From: an uncultured delta proteobacterium
GTDB taxonomy: Bacteria; Desulfobacterota; Desulfobaccia; Desulfobaccales; 0-14-0-80-60-11
DNA: 64,000 nt
Direction of reading: 5' to 3'
Assembly: GCA_963812015.1 (NCBI GenBank)
Contig: CAWETI010000003.1
Coordinates: forward strand, 128,001 to 192,000
This document shows positions 10,160 to 25,177 of this stretch, one piece after another. Position 1 is the first letter of the stretch, and each line of letters begins with the position of its first letter. Position numbers and translations under genes: made by a program. The notes beneath the pieces were generated by a model. It saw only the letters and a program-made list of their open reading frames with translations, ran no database searches and had not been told where the DNA came from.

Positions 10160-10284
10160 AATCCCCCCTGATCCCCCTTTGGTAAAGGGGGATTTAGGGG
10201 GATTATTGTTCTGTTTAATAACCTTAAACTGGTTCCCAAGCTCTTGCTTGGGAACGAAAATTTTAGTCCAAGCTCTGCTTGGAC
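10160..10284. repeat. Stacked palindromes: family B copy plus GTTCCCAAGCTCTTGCTTGGGAAC and GTCCAAGCTCTGCTTGGAC
   Basis: Read directly in the lysA-dapF spacer. Confidence 0.7.
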
Positions 10285-10286
10285 AC

Positions 10287-11543
10287 CTATTTCAAGAAAT
10301 CCGGGATGGACTCCCCCCAGGTAAGCTGGCGGTAAGTCTCCCGTTTTCTGATAACATAAAAATCCTGATCCTGCACCAAGATTTCGGCCACCCGGGGCCG
10401 GGCGTTATAGTTGGAACTCATGGAAAAGCCGTAGGCCCCGGCGCTCATCACCGCCACCATCTCCCCGGGCTGAAATGCGGGCATGAGGCGATCCTTGGCC
10501 AGGAAATCCCCGGTCTCACAGATGGGGCCCACGATGGAGGCCTTCACTTGGGGATGGGTCCCCTCCACCACCGGCCAGAGGCCGTGATACGAGCCATAGA
10601 GGCTGGGGCGGGCCAGGTCGTTCATGCCGGCGTCCACGATGATGAAATGCTTGGTGTCGCCGGCCTTGGTATAGAGCACCTTGGTCACCAGGATACCAGC
10701 GTTGCCCACCAGCACCCGCCCGGGCTCCAGGATGAGGGTGCATTTAAGGCCCTTGAGGTGGGCCAGGATTTGCTGACCATATTCATCCGGGTGCGGCGGC
10801 GCTTCCTGATCGTATTGAATCCCCAGGCCGCCGCCCAGGTCCAGGTAGCGGATCTGAATGTTCAGGGCCCGGAGGCGGTCGATCAACTCTTTCAGGCGCT
10901 CCAGGGCGTCCACAAAGGGCGACACCTGGGTGATCTGGGAGCCGATGTGGCAGGCCACCCCCACCACTTCCAGATGCGGCAGGTCCCGGGCCCGGCGATA
11001 GTCCTCCAGGGCCTGCTCGAGGTCGATGCCGAACTTGTTCTTTTTGAGCCCGGTGGAGATGTAAGGATGGGTTTGGGCATCGATGTCCGGGTTGATCCGT
11101 AAAGCCACCCTGGCTTTGAGCTTCAGGTGGCCGGCGATGCGGTTGACGGCCTCCAGCTCCTGGGAGGACTCCAGGTTGAACAGCAGGATGTTCGCCTTGA
11201 GGGCCGCTTTGATCTCTTCCGGCTTTTTCCCCACCCCGGAATAGACGATCTGGCCCGGGTCCACCCCGGCCTGCAAGGTCCGGTAAAGTTCGCCCCCGGA
11301 AACGATGTCGGCCCCGGCCCCCAGCCGGGCAAAGAGCCTCAAAATGGCCAGGTTGGCGTTGGCTTTCACCGCGAAACAGACGATATGGGGAAAGTCGGCG
11401 AAGGCGGCGTTAAAGACCCCGTAGTGATGGGTCAGGGTCCCGGCGCTATACAGGTAAAACGGTGTGCCCACCTTTTTGGCAATCCGGCGCACCGGCACGT
11501 TTTCGCAGTAGAGTTCACCTGCCTGGTAATGGAAGTGATGCAT
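10287..11543 (-). CDS. lysA: Diaminopimelate decarboxylase
   Basis: FAVKAN, HIGSQ, DLGGG, EPGR, GPICETGD. Confidence 0.97.
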   Translation of the reverse strand: MHHFHYQAGELYCENVPVRRIAKKVGTPFYLYSAGTLTHHYGVFNAAFADFPHIVCFAVKANANLAILRLFARLGAGADIVSGGELYRTLQAGVDPGQIVYSGVGKKPEEIKAALKANILLFNLESSQELEAVNRIAGHLKLKARVALRINPDIDAQTHPYISTGLKKNKFGIDLEQALEDYRRARDLPHLEVVGVACHIGSQITQVSPFVDALERLKELIDRLRALNIQIRYLDLGGGLGIQYDQEAPPHPDEYGQQILAHLKGLKCTLILEPGRVLVGNAGILVTKVLYTKAGDTKHFIIVDAGMNDLARPSLYGSYHGLWPVVEGTHPQVKASIVGPICETGDFLAKDRLMPAFQPGEMVAVMSAGAYGFSMSSNYNARPRVAEILVQDQDFYVIRKRETYRQLTWGESIPDFLK

Positions 11544-11700
11544 TGACTCCAGCCTTTCGAGAATGAGCTATCAGCGTTCAGCTTATTTCCTTATTGCCAA
11601 GCTCCTGCCCTGCAAAGTTATTGCGGCGTGCAGCTTACGCACCGTTTCATCTCGCCCCCCAGTTTGGCTTGGAAACCGGGAGAAAATAAGTTACCCGGCC

Positions 11701-11728
11701 GTAGGGGCGGTGCGCTCACCGGCCCTAC
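11701..11728 (+). repeat. REP-like palindrome
   Basis: GTAGGGGCGGTGCGCTCACCGGCCCTAC. Confidence 0.55.
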
Positions 11729-11744
11729 CGGAGCAACGCGGCAA

Positions 11745-12918
11745 TCAGTAAGTTACTGGCATCGTCTCCGACGGCATACTTTCGTTGGCCCGGGGGGAGT
11801 CGTCCACCGCAGTCACATAGTAATGGTACGTCTGGCCCCGGTTCACCTGGGCGTCCACGAAATAGGGCTTGGTGATCAACTCCTGGGTGAGCCGGGTGTA
11901 TTTCTCTTCCCCGGTGGTCCGCCGGTAGACCCGGTAGCCGGCCACATCCGGGGCCGGGCTGGGCTCCCACCGGACTTCCACTCCCTGGGAGGTGGCCACC
12001 GCCAGGACGTTCAGCACCGGGGGCGGCGGGGTCCGTTTCTCGGGCATGGCCATCTGGGTGGGGGAATCCTGGCTGGTCAGCAAATCCTCTCCTAAGAGCC
12101 GCACCGCCACCACTTTATAAGTATATTCCACATCGTTAAGCACCGCCACGTCCTCAAAACTATTCTGGGGTATGGTCGAGGGCGTGACGCGAATCCAGCG
12201 CCCCGTCCCGGAGAGGCGGTAGATGACATACCCCGCCAGGTCCCGGACGGGGGAGCCGTCTTGCAAGGCGGTCACCGGACTCCAGGAGAGGGACACGATC
12301 TTGTCCCCGGGGACGGCCTTGAGTTGCCCCGGGGCCCGGGGCAGCCAGCCCCAGGCTTGGCTCAGGGTCTTGGACCAGCCCCCCAGGTAGCCGCCCTGGT
12401 CGTAGGCCGCCACCCGGTAGTAATAGCGGTGGTCCGGCACCAGCTCCCGGTCCCGGAACAGCATGGCTTCGCCCTTCACCTCCCCCCGCTGGGGGTAGGC
12501 CAGGTCGATGTCGGCATATAAGACATAATCAGAAGGCATAAGGGCCTCCGGCGACAGCCCCCGGACCGCGGCCCGGTAGACCCGGCAGCCCTGGACCTGG
12601 GTCAAGGGCTGGCCCAGGAGGTTGACCCGGGGCAACAGCCAGCTCACCACCAGACTGTCCCCTTCCTGGGTCAAGCGAAACTCCCGCACCGGCGCCGGTA
12701 ATACTCGATCCGGGGCATACGGCGTCAACTTCTTGCCGCAGGCGGCCGCCAGGAGCAAGAGGCAGAGGAGAAGAGGAAGCAGGATGTGGGGGAGGGCCAG
12801 GGAGGGCAACTCCCTGCCCTCCCCCACGCCCCCTCCCAACCCGGTAAGGGGTTGGGGATGGGGGGTTGGGGTAAGGGGTAAGGGCTTGCCGCCCTTAGCC
12901 CCCTCCCCCAAGTAATCT

Positions 12919-12935
<17 letters not shown>
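11745..12935 (-). CDS. Lipoprotein with fibronectin type III repeats (start uncertain)
   Basis: Lipobox LAAAC-GKK; repeated W..Y.VYR...Y.Y.V.AV FN3 pattern. Confidence 0.8.
12785..12911 (-). repeat. Three-hairpin repeat (family A) within the 5' end of the lipoprotein ORF
   Basis: Reverse complement collinear with 8279..8416. Confidence 0.75.
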
Positions 12936-14319
<1,384 letters not shown>

Positions 14320-14376
14320 AGGTTCTTCCTTGCTAACTGGTTAGCGACTGCGGTCTAAATAGTATGCCCCGGACCT

Positions 14377-15027
14377 TCAGGGCTTAAAGGATTGTAATTC
14401 AAAGGTCCGGCTTTCCGAGGATATGGTCCCCTCTTTGGATTTTGTCTTGATGATGACCGTGCTCTTGACTACGCCTACCTTGGGGGCAGACCATTCGTTC
14501 CCCAGCACGGCAACGCCGGCATCATTTTCGCCCACCTGTCGAATCTTCAAGCAATCCTTGAAGGTGCCGGCCGGCACCTTAACCTCATCTGATACACTGT
14601 CAATGGTAAGGTTGACGTTTACAGAGGTATTGCCCACTTTGGTGGTCATATTCCAGCTATCTCGTCCGGTGATGGGAAACTTAAGATGGCATTCTTTGGG
14701 GGTAACAACCGTTGGCGGCGAATTTTCGGCGGGCTGCTCCGCAAAGCGGTAGATCCCGGTATCAGTCTTTTCCATGAACTCAATAAAGGTCCGCCCGCCA
14801 GTCTCCCATTTCCGTGGCGTTACTTCCACTCCATTCACTTTGCGTGGGGCAAGATTGGTAATGATTAATTTTTGCGGTTGGCTGTGGTCCGTGGTCACAT
14901 TATACTCCCACCGCATGCCTTCTTTGAGGGGATAATAGGACTCGCTCAGTTCGTCGCACCGGGCATTGCCCGGCATGAAAAGAGCACTGGCGAAGATCAA
15001 CGCAACAACGATACCTGTAGTTCTCAT
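14377..15027 (-). CDS. Exported hypothetical protein, probably beta-rich
   Basis: Signal peptide; YYPLKEGMRWEY...VKVPAGTFKDCLKI...WSAPKVGVVK. Confidence 0.7.
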   Translation of the reverse strand: MRTTGIVVALIFASALFMPGNARCDELSESYYPLKEGMRWEYNVTTDHSQPQKLIITNLAPRKVNGVEVTPRKWETGGRTFIEFMEKTDTGIYRFAEQPAENSPPTVVTPKECHLKFPITGRDSWNMTTKVGNTSVNVNLTIDSVSDEVKVPAGTFKDCLKIRQVGENDAGVAVLGNEWSAPKVGVVKSTVIIKTKSKEGTISSESRTFELQSFKP

Positions 15028-15049
15028 GGCTACCTCATGTAATCAATGG

Positions 15050-15532
15050 TCAGTCGTTCTTAGCCCATGGCGGCCAGGATGCCCTGAGCCCCACCCGGCG
15101 CACCGGCAGTTTGGCGCCGCAGGCCGTACAGGCGCCTTGGGCCAGGTCGGCGTGGCTGGCCAGTTTTTGGAGATGGCCGCAGTGGGCGCAACGCACCACC
15201 GGGCGGTAATTGATCCAGCCGTGATCCTTCCAGAAGCGCCAGGTGCCGTATTTCCAGCGGTAAAGGATCACCGTGTACAGGCAGCTCAGCCCCACCAGGT
15301 GCGCGGCGGAGATATAAAAGGCCCGCCAGGAAATCAGCACCGTGATGCCCATGACCATGAGGAGGCGGGACGCCAGGCGCCATGATTTGTTCCAGATGTA
15401 GGGGTCCGCCAGGGTCCAGGGCAGCCGCACCCCGAACCAGAGGTTGGGACCGGGCCGCCAGAACACCATGAGCAGACCCATGGCCCAACACAATCCCGAA
15501 ACCAGGTAGCGCAGTGAACCGGACCTCCACAC
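15050..15532 (-). CDS. SdpI-like membrane protein with C-terminal zinc ribbon
   Basis: FGVRLPWTLAD..IW motif, TM helices, CAHC...CTAC. Confidence 0.65.
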   Translation of the reverse strand: MWRSGSLRYLVSGLCWAMGLLMVFWRPGPNLWFGVRLPWTLADPYIWNKSWRLASRLLMVMGITVLISWRAFYISAAHLVGLSCLYTVILYRWKYGTWRFWKDHGWINYRPVVRCAHCGHLQKLASHADLAQGACTACGAKLPVRRVGLRASWPPWAKND

Positions 15533-15676
15533 CGTTCCCGCCCCCCACCCGGCGGTGGGGGACGGAAACTCCGAGTTGCCTTACGAGACGCCGGCGGTTA
15601 ACCGGCGCCTGCCCGCCTGCCAAGCTCTCGGCCAGCACCGGCGGCAAGCCGGCGTCCAGCTTTTTATCAGGGGCGG

Positions 15677-15697
15677 GGCGGGCCCGGCCCACCCTCC
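15677..15697 (-). repeat. REP-like palindrome
   Basis: Minus strand GGAGGGTGGGCCGGGCCCGCC, variant of the 22660/23261 unit, abutting a stop codon. Confidence 0.5.
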
Positions 15698-16146
15698 TAA
15701 AACTGTCCCTCAATCGTTTGGCTTCGGCAGACCTGGCCGCAAGCCTCGCAGATGGCCGCCGGCAAGTGCGTGTCGTCCGGAAGCTTCTGAATATGGCCAC
15801 AGTGGAGGCAACGCACCACGGGATGGTAAGCGATCCAGCCGATATCCTTCCAGACCTGCAAGGTGCCATATTTTTGCCAATAAAGATAGAGGGGATACAC
15901 CATGCTGATAATGAAGAACAGCGCCAAAAAAATAATGAAAGCTATCGTAGAAATCAGCACCGCCACGGCTATTACCAGACAGAACAGCCCGGCAATCACC
16001 CAGGAGGTTTCCCAAATCTCCCGGTCGGCGAAGGTCCAGGGCAGCCGCACCCCGATCCACCATCTCGGGCCGGGCCGCCAGAGCAGGAGCAGGCAACTCA
16101 ATATCCCGAAAACCGCCGCCAGGAAATAGGTGAGACTTGGCGTCAT
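15697..16146 (-). CDS. SdpI-like membrane protein with C-terminal zinc ribbon (paralog)
   Basis: IGVRLPWTFAD..IW, CLHC...CEAC; obviously similar to 15050..15532. Confidence 0.65.
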   Translation of the reverse strand: MTPSLTYFLAAVFGILSCLLLLWRPGPRWWIGVRLPWTFADREIWETSWVIAGLFCLVIAVAVLISTIAFIIFLALFFIISMVYPLYLYWQKYGTLQVWKDIGWIAYHPVVRCLHCGHIQKLPDDTHLPAAICEACGQVCRSQTIEGQF

Positions 16147-16231
16147 AGCTTTTCCCCTCCAGACCCCTTGGATTTGGCTGCCTGTGGTGATGCGGCCCCT
16201 GCTCCTTTACCCTGGGGAGCGGGGTCGTTCC

Positions 16232-17434
<1,203 letters not shown>

Positions 17435-17491
17435 GTTATGCCATCCTGAATTGATCGAGTTATGGTCGCAAGGGCGGGGATCATCCCCCTC

Positions 17492-17854
17492 TTAGTCAAA
17501 CATTAGGGTTCTTTTATAGTGTAGCGTTAGATTGCCGCATTGCGGACAGGGAATTTGGGTAATTTGGGAGCCGTCATAAATTGGCCGGATCGGTTCCTTA
17601 GATCCCGGGCAATAATGGGTTTTCCGGTAATCGTCCCAGCTTTTGAGTTCTATGCGGACAAATTGCTTGGTGGATCGGCAGTAGCCCGTCAGCGAGGGTG
17701 ATTTCATACCGCCGCCTATGGTCAGGTCTTGTTGATAACCGCAGCCGGGGGTGGCGCAGGAAACCGTCCCTTTTTCTCCTGCCGCCGCCGTGGCAACCCA
17801 GAGTACCAGACCCAAAAATATGGAGAGAATAACTAACTTGCTGGCAGTTTTCAT
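17492..17854 (-). CDS. Exported cysteine-rich hypothetical protein
   Basis: Signal peptide; six Cys including CATPGC and CPQC. Confidence 0.65.
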   Translation of the reverse strand: MKTASKLVILSIFLGLVLWVATAAAGEKGTVSCATPGCGYQQDLTIGGGMKSPSLTGYCRSTKQFVRIELKSWDDYRKTHYCPGSKEPIRPIYDGSQITQIPCPQCGNLTLHYKRTLMFD

Positions 17855-17870
17855 CAGCGCCTTATTTTAC

Positions 17871-17995
17871 GGCGGGTAGTGCCCGCCCTACATTTGGCAC
17901 AGGCGGGACGCCTGTGCCACCACAATCTTATGGGATTGGGGATGGGGGTTTGGGGGAAGGGGTAAGGGCGTCCGCCCTTAGCCCCTTCCCCCAAA
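17871..17995. repeat. Repeat stack: REP-like unit (17871..17893), TGGCACAGGCG-GGA-CGCCTGTGCCA hairpin, partial family A (17928..17995)
   Basis: Read directly; the REP unit on the minus strand is ATGTAGGGCGGGCACTACCCGCC. Confidence 0.7.
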
Positions 17996-18007
17996 ATTCC
18001 TCTCACC

Positions 18008-18912
<905 letters not shown>

Positions 18913-18916
<4 letters not shown>

Positions 18917-20109
18917 GGAAACACTTCCTTAAAGGCGTCCCCCAGGATGGCCAGGGCCGCGTCGAGCTCCCGGGGGGTAACGACCAGGGGCGGCAGCAGC
19001 CGGATGATGTTGCCCTGGGTGCAGTTGAGCAAAAGGCCCCGCTCCCGGCAGGCCGCCACCACCGGTGTCCCCTCCTGGGTCAACTCCAGGCCCCACATGA
19101 GGCCCAGGCCGCGCACCTCGCGAATGACCGAAAAACGGCGCTGGAAATCGCTCAGCTTTTCCCGGAGCCAGACGCCCCGCTCCCGGACTCCGGCCAGAAA
19201 CTCCGGCCGGCTCAAAAGGCTCAGGGCGGTTTTGGCCGCGACGGCCACCACCGGCCCGGCCCCGAAGGTGCTGGCATGGGTCCCGGGGACAAACGCCCCG
19301 GCCACGTCTTCGGTGGCCAGGAGCGCGCCCATGGGGAGACCGTTGGCCAACCCTTTGGCCAGGGTCATGACATCCGGGGTGATGCCGAAGTTTTCGTGGG
19401 CGAAGAGGGTGCCGGTGCGGCCCAGGCCGGTCTGGATTTCGTCCAGGATCAGCAACAGGCCCTTCTCATGGCACAACTGCCGCAACCCCGTGAAATAATC
19501 CGGCGACGGCAGGTTGACCCCGCCTTCTCCCTGGATGGGCTCCAGCATCACGGCGCAGACGGTGTCGTCCACGGCGTTGGCCACCGCCGCCAGGTCGTTA
19601 AAGGGCACAAACGTAAACCCCGGCAGCAGGGGGTCGAACCCCTGCCAGAACTTGGATTGGCCCGTGGCGGAAAGCGCCCCCAGGGTGCGGCCGTGGAAGG
19701 AGTTCTCCATGCAGATGATCCGATGCCGCCCTGCCCCGAACCGTTCCCGGGAGTAGCGCCGGACCAGCTTGATGGCCCCTTCGTTGACTTCGGCGCCGCT
19801 GTTGGCGAAAAAGACCCGGTCGGCAAAGGACAGGCGCACCAGGGCCTCGGCCAGCTCCACCATGGGGGTGGTGTAGTAGATGTTGGAGACGTGGACCAAC
19901 CGGGTCAGTTGGGCCGCAGCGGCCTTGGCGATATCCGGATGCGCATGCCCCAGATTGCACACCGCCAACCCGGCCACGAAGTCCAGATATTCCTTGCCGG
20001 CGTCATCCCAGACCCGGCAGCCCTCGCCTTTGACCAACACCAGCGGCTGCCGGCCATAGGTGTTCATCACGACTTTATCGGCGCGTTCCTTCCAATTTTG
20101 GTTAAGCAA
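18913..20109 (-). CDS. argD: Acetylornithine aminotransferase
   Basis: SFHGRT, DEIQTGLGRTG, AKGLA; TTG start at 20109 after GGAGAGGA. Confidence 0.93.
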
Positions 20110-20125
20110 GGTTCCTCTCCGTGTC

Positions 20126-20185
20126 AGTTCAAGGTTCAAAGTTAAAAACTAAGGCCTGAGAACCTTGAACCTTGAACTTTGAACT
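20126..20185. repeat. Inverted heptamer arrays (GTTCAAR)n / (YTTGAAC)n
   Basis: AGTTCAAGGTTCAAAGTT ... AACCTTGAACCTTGAACTTTGAACT. Confidence 0.7.
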
Positions 20186-21065
20186 ATCCAACAATCTCTG
20201 TGCCGACGCCGGTGTCGGTGAAAATCTCCAGGAGCACCGCGTGGAGGGCGCGGCCGTCCAGGATGTGGGCCTTGGCCACCCCTTCATCCAAAGCCTCCAG
20301 GCAGCACTTGATCTTGGGCAGCATGCCGCCGATCACCACCCCTTCCTCCATCAGGGTCACCGCCTGGCGGCGGGTGAGGCTGGAAACCAGGCGGCCCTCC
20401 CGGTCCAGGACCCCCGGGACATCGGTGAGCAAAATGAGCTTGGCCGCGCCCAGGGCCGCGGCCACCGCTCCGGCTACCAGGTCGGCGTTAATATTGTAGG
20501 TTTCGCCGGCTTCTCCCACCCCCACCGGGGCGATCACCGGGATGAAATGCTGGGCTTGCAAGGTGCGGATGAGGTGCGTGTTCACCGCGGTCACCTCCCC
20601 CACCAGGCCGATGTCGATGATCTCCGGGGGCTCGTCCTCCCGGGGCCGGTAGAACTCCATTTTCTGGGCTTTGAGCAGCAGGCCGTCTTTACCGCTGAGG
20701 CCCACCGCCGCGCCCCCGGCGGCATTGATCAGGCTGACGATCTCCTTGTTGACCTTGCCTGCCAGGACCATCTCCACCACGTCCATGGTGCTCTCGTCGG
20801 TGACCCTAAGGCCGTCCACGAACCGGGTGGGAATCTCCATCTTGGCCAGGACCTGGCCGATCTGGGGCCCGCCGCCGTGGACCACCACCGGGTGAATCCC
20901 CAAATATTGCAGCAGGGTGATGTCCTGGGCGAAGGCGCGCTTCAGCTCCGGCTCGGTCATGGCGGCGCCGCCGTACTTGATCACCAGGGTCTGCCCCTGG
21001 AAGGCGCGCATGTAGGGCAGGGCCTCCAGGAGGGTTTCGGCTTTTTTGATGTATTCAGTGGTCAT
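20184..21065 (-). CDS. argB: Acetylglutamate kinase
   Basis: [25 protein letters not shown]. Confidence 0.97.
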   Translation of the reverse strand: MTTEYIKKAETLLEALPYMRAFQGQTLVIKYGGAAMTEPELKRAFAQDITLLQYLGIHPVVVHGGGPQIGQVLAKMEIPTRFVDGLRVTDESTMDVVEMVLAGKVNKEIVSLINAAGGAAVGLSGKDGLLLKAQKMEFYRPREDEPPEIIDIGLVGEVTAVNTHLIRTLQAQHFIPVIAPVGVGEAGETYNINADLVAGAVAAALGAAKLILLTDVPGVLDREGRLVSSLTRRQAVTLMEEGVVIGGMLPKIKCCLEALDEGVAKAHILDGRALHAVLLEIFTDTGVGTEIVG

Positions 21066-21077
21066 AGTTTAGTGCCA

Positions 21078-21168
21078 CCCATCCTTAACCTCCTTATGGG
21101 GGTTGGGGGAGAGGGTTTGGGAGAGGGGGCAGGGGCACTTACCAAAAGTCCCTGGCCCCCTCTCCCAA
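21078..21168 (-). repeat. Family A repeat, two hairpins
   Basis: TTGGGAGAGGGGGCAGGGG...CCCTGGCCCCCTCTCCCAA plus a CCTTA-loop hairpin. Confidence 0.7.
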
Positions 21169-21177
21169 GCATCTTTT

Positions 21178-22608
<1,431 letters not shown>

Positions 22609-22628
22609 GGTTCCCTGCCTTTAGAAGA

Positions 22629-22682
22629 AGCTGTCAGCTATCAGCAAATGAAAAGAAATATGTAGGGTGGGCCTGGCCCACC
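22629..22682 (+). repeat. Heptamer array plus REP-like unit (left arm around hslV)
   Basis: AGCTGTCAGCTATCAGC then ATGTAGGGTGGGCCTGGCCCACC. Confidence 0.7.
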
Positions 22683-22697
22683 ATTTCATTACATTAA

Positions 22698-23243
22698 TCA
22701 CAATTCCTCGATCACTATCTCACTATTGGTATACACGCATAGCGACGCGGCGATTTTCATGGCCGCCTTGCAGATCTGCTTGGCGCTCATATCCGTATGG
22801 GCCAGGAGGGCCCGGGCCGCGGCCAGGGCATAGGGGGAGCCGGAGCCGATGGCCATCACCCCTTCGTCGGGCTCGATGACGTCGCCGGTGCCGGAGATCA
22901 AGAGCGCCCCGGTTTCGTCCACCGCCAGGAGCAACGCTTCCAGACGCCGGAGAATCTTGTCGGTGCGCCAGTCCTTGGCCAGCTCCACCACCGACCGGGT
23001 GAGGTTCCCTTGGTGTTTCTCCAGCTTGGCCTCCAGACGCTCGAACAGGGTGAGGGCGTCGGCCGCGGAGCCGGCGAAACCCACGATGATCTTGCCGTGA
23101 TAGAGCCTCCGGACCTTTTTGGCATGGTGCTTCATCACCATGTCGCCCAGGGTGACCTGGCCGTCGCCGGCCACCGCCACCTTATCGCCCCGGCGCACCA
23201 TTAAAATCGTGGTGCTGCGGAATTTTGTATCGCTATGGTTCAT
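22698..23243 (-). CDS. hslV: ATP-dependent protease subunit HslV
   Basis: TTIL, GDGQVT, AIGSGS. Confidence 0.97.
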   Translation of the reverse strand: MNHSDTKFRSTTILMVRRGDKVAVAGDGQVTLGDMVMKHHAKKVRRLYHGKIIVGFAGSAADALTLFERLEAKLEKHQGNLTRSVVELAKDWRTDKILRRLEALLLAVDETGALLISGTGDVIEPDEGVMAIGSGSPYALAAARALLAHTDMSAKQICKAAMKIAASLCVYTNSEIVIEEL

Positions 23244-23260
23244 GCTATCCTTCTATTTGT

Positions 23261-23338
23261 GGCGGGCAGTGCCCACCCTACATTTGGGCTTGTGGTCGTC
23301 GCTTTTTATCTTTCGCTGAAAGCTGACCGCTGACAGTT
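23261..23338 (-). repeat. REP-like unit plus heptamer array (right arm around hslV)
   Basis: GGCGGGCAGTGCCCACCCTACAT then GCTGAAAGCTGACCGCTGACAGTT. Confidence 0.7.
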
Positions 23339-23341
23339 GTG

Positions 23342-24250
23342 TTATTTACTCCTGGGATGGGCCTTATCGTACTCCTCCATCAGGTAATCCAGGTTGAGGT
23401 GCAGGTACCGCCCCGTGGTGGAGATGGAGGCATGGCCCAGCAGCTCCTGGACGGCCCGGAGATCGGCCCGGCCCTCCAAGAGATGCGTAGCAAAGCTGTG
23501 GCGCAGGCCGTGGGGCGTCAGGCCCGGGGAGAGTCCCGCCAGCCTGACCCACTTGGCCACCACCCGGGCGACCCCCCGGGTGGACAGGCGGCGTCCCCGG
23601 GAATTGATAAACAGGGCGGTCTCGTCCCCGGTCCCCTGCTGGGCCATGAACCGCTGCCGCCGGGGGAGATAGGAGGTCAGGGCACCTTGAGCCGGCTCCC
23701 CCAGGAAGGCCAGGCGTTCCTTGCTGCCTTTGCCCCAGACCCTCAGGACCCCCGACCCCAGGTCTACATCTCCCAGGTTGAGTCCGGCCAACTCCGCGAG
23801 GCGGAGCCCGCCGCCGTAAAACACCTCCAGGATGGCTTTATCCCGGCAGACCCCGAAATCATCGCCTTGGGGCTCGCCCAACAGATGGAAGGCCTCGTCC
23901 ACGGACAGGTAGTTCGGCAGGACCTTTTCCAGCTTGGGGCTGGGGGCCAGTTTAGCCGGGTTCTGGGACATAACCCCCAGGCGCTGCAAGTATTTAAAAA
24001 AGGTGCGCAGGGTGGAGAGCTTGCGGGCCACCGTGGTCTTGCGGTTTTTCTTCAGGGCCGTAGCCAGAAAGGCCCGCAGGTCCTGGTAGGTCACCTTTTC
24101 CAGGGGAAGGTCTTGCCGGTGCTGGGAGCAGAACTCCAGGAACTGGGTGAGGTCCAGGCGGTAGTTTCTCAACGTGTGGGGCGACATCTGCCGCTCCACC
24201 TTCAGGTACTGCAGAAAACCTTCCAGATGCCCCCAGCCGCTCATAACCAT
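23342..24250 (-). CDS. xerC: Tyrosine recombinase XerC
   Basis: GLRLAEL, GKGSKER, HGLRHSFATHLL, LLGH, C-terminal HPR; classic xerC-hslV-hslU order; start approximate. Confidence 0.88.
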   Translation of the reverse strand: MVMSGWGHLEGFLQYLKVERQMSPHTLRNYRLDLTQFLEFCSQHRQDLPLEKVTYQDLRAFLATALKKNRKTTVARKLSTLRTFFKYLQRLGVMSQNPAKLAPSPKLEKVLPNYLSVDEAFHLLGEPQGDDFGVCRDKAILEVFYGGGLRLAELAGLNLGDVDLGSGVLRVWGKGSKERLAFLGEPAQGALTSYLPRRQRFMAQQGTGDETALFINSRGRRLSTRGVARVVAKWVRLAGLSPGLTPHGLRHSFATHLLEGRADLRAVQELLGHASISTTGRYLHLNLDYLMEEYDKAHPRSK

Positions 24251-24523
24251 GGCATTCCCGGGCAAGGCTGCCCCACTGCTTCCGTTTAACTCATTTAAAA
24301 AAAAGATATTATCATGAAGTTGCCGCAATGCCAAAAATTATCGGCGGGCGGGGGCCGAGATCCCCGGTGAAGTAAGCGGCTTCGGGGGCTTTTGCAGCTC
24401 CGGCATCCCGGGGCTAAAAAAAATTTCCATTTCCTGGTTGCCGATGCCGATAAGGGGAATGAGGGATCATATCCGCCAAGAAAGGTGGTATGAGCCCCAA
24501 AAGAACTGCGGAGGGAGAGAGGC

Positions 24524-24949
24524 ATGAAGATCATGGAGGTGTTGCAGAAATTGGGGATTTTTCGTTATGGGGTCAAAAGCGGGGGCTATACCGGTATGCA
24601 GGACCGGCCGGCGGAGTTATTCATGGAGGGCGTCTTTAATGCCGACAAGGACCTGACCACCAAAGGAGACTGGCACCGTGTCGCGGCAGCAGCAAAATCT
24701 CTGGGGGGCCGCAAGGCCTTTTGCTGGATAAGCCTGGTCCTGGGCGCCTTCGCCCTGTTGTTTTTGGCCACCGCCAGCGGACTCACGGCCTGGTTTTTCG
24801 CCGACTTGATCTTGTGGGGGGCCTTTATCGCCCTCCTGCGCCAGTTTGCCTTTGCGGGCCGCTACTCCTTCAAGGCGATGATTATCCTTCTGGTTGTCCT
24901 GGTTGTTGTCTCATTAATGTTTTTGGGGGCCACGGTGCCTTCAGATTAA
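24524..24949 (+). CDS. Hypothetical membrane protein
   Basis: GAGAGG RBS, three hydrophobic segments. Confidence 0.65.
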   Translation: MKIMEVLQKLGIFRYGVKSGGYTGMQDRPAELFMEGVFNADKDLTTKGDWHRVAAAAKSLGGRKAFCWISLVLGAFALLFLATASGLTAWFFADLILWGAFIALLRQFAFAGRYSFKAMIILLVVLVVVSLMFLGATVPSD

Positions 24950-25177
24950 CCATAACCAAGCCGACCCGGGCCGGCGGCCGACTCTCCCGGGAGTGCAAGG
25001 GGGAGGGTCAGATAAGGCGCCTCAGGTAACGACACGCCCAATTTCTTGGCAACCTGAACCTGGTTCGTCTCAGATGAACACTGATTAGAAAACTCCACGA
25101 CTTTTGCGTGAGAGACGCCATCCTTACCCTCCCCGCCAGGCAGAAGAGCGGGTCCTGGGGTTTCCGGGCCGGCAACT

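Noticed and set aside
23342..24250. Tyrosine recombinase as integron or prophage integrase
   Set aside because: XerC size and motifs, standard xerC-hslV-hslU context, no IntI-specific insertion, and no convincing attC sites seen
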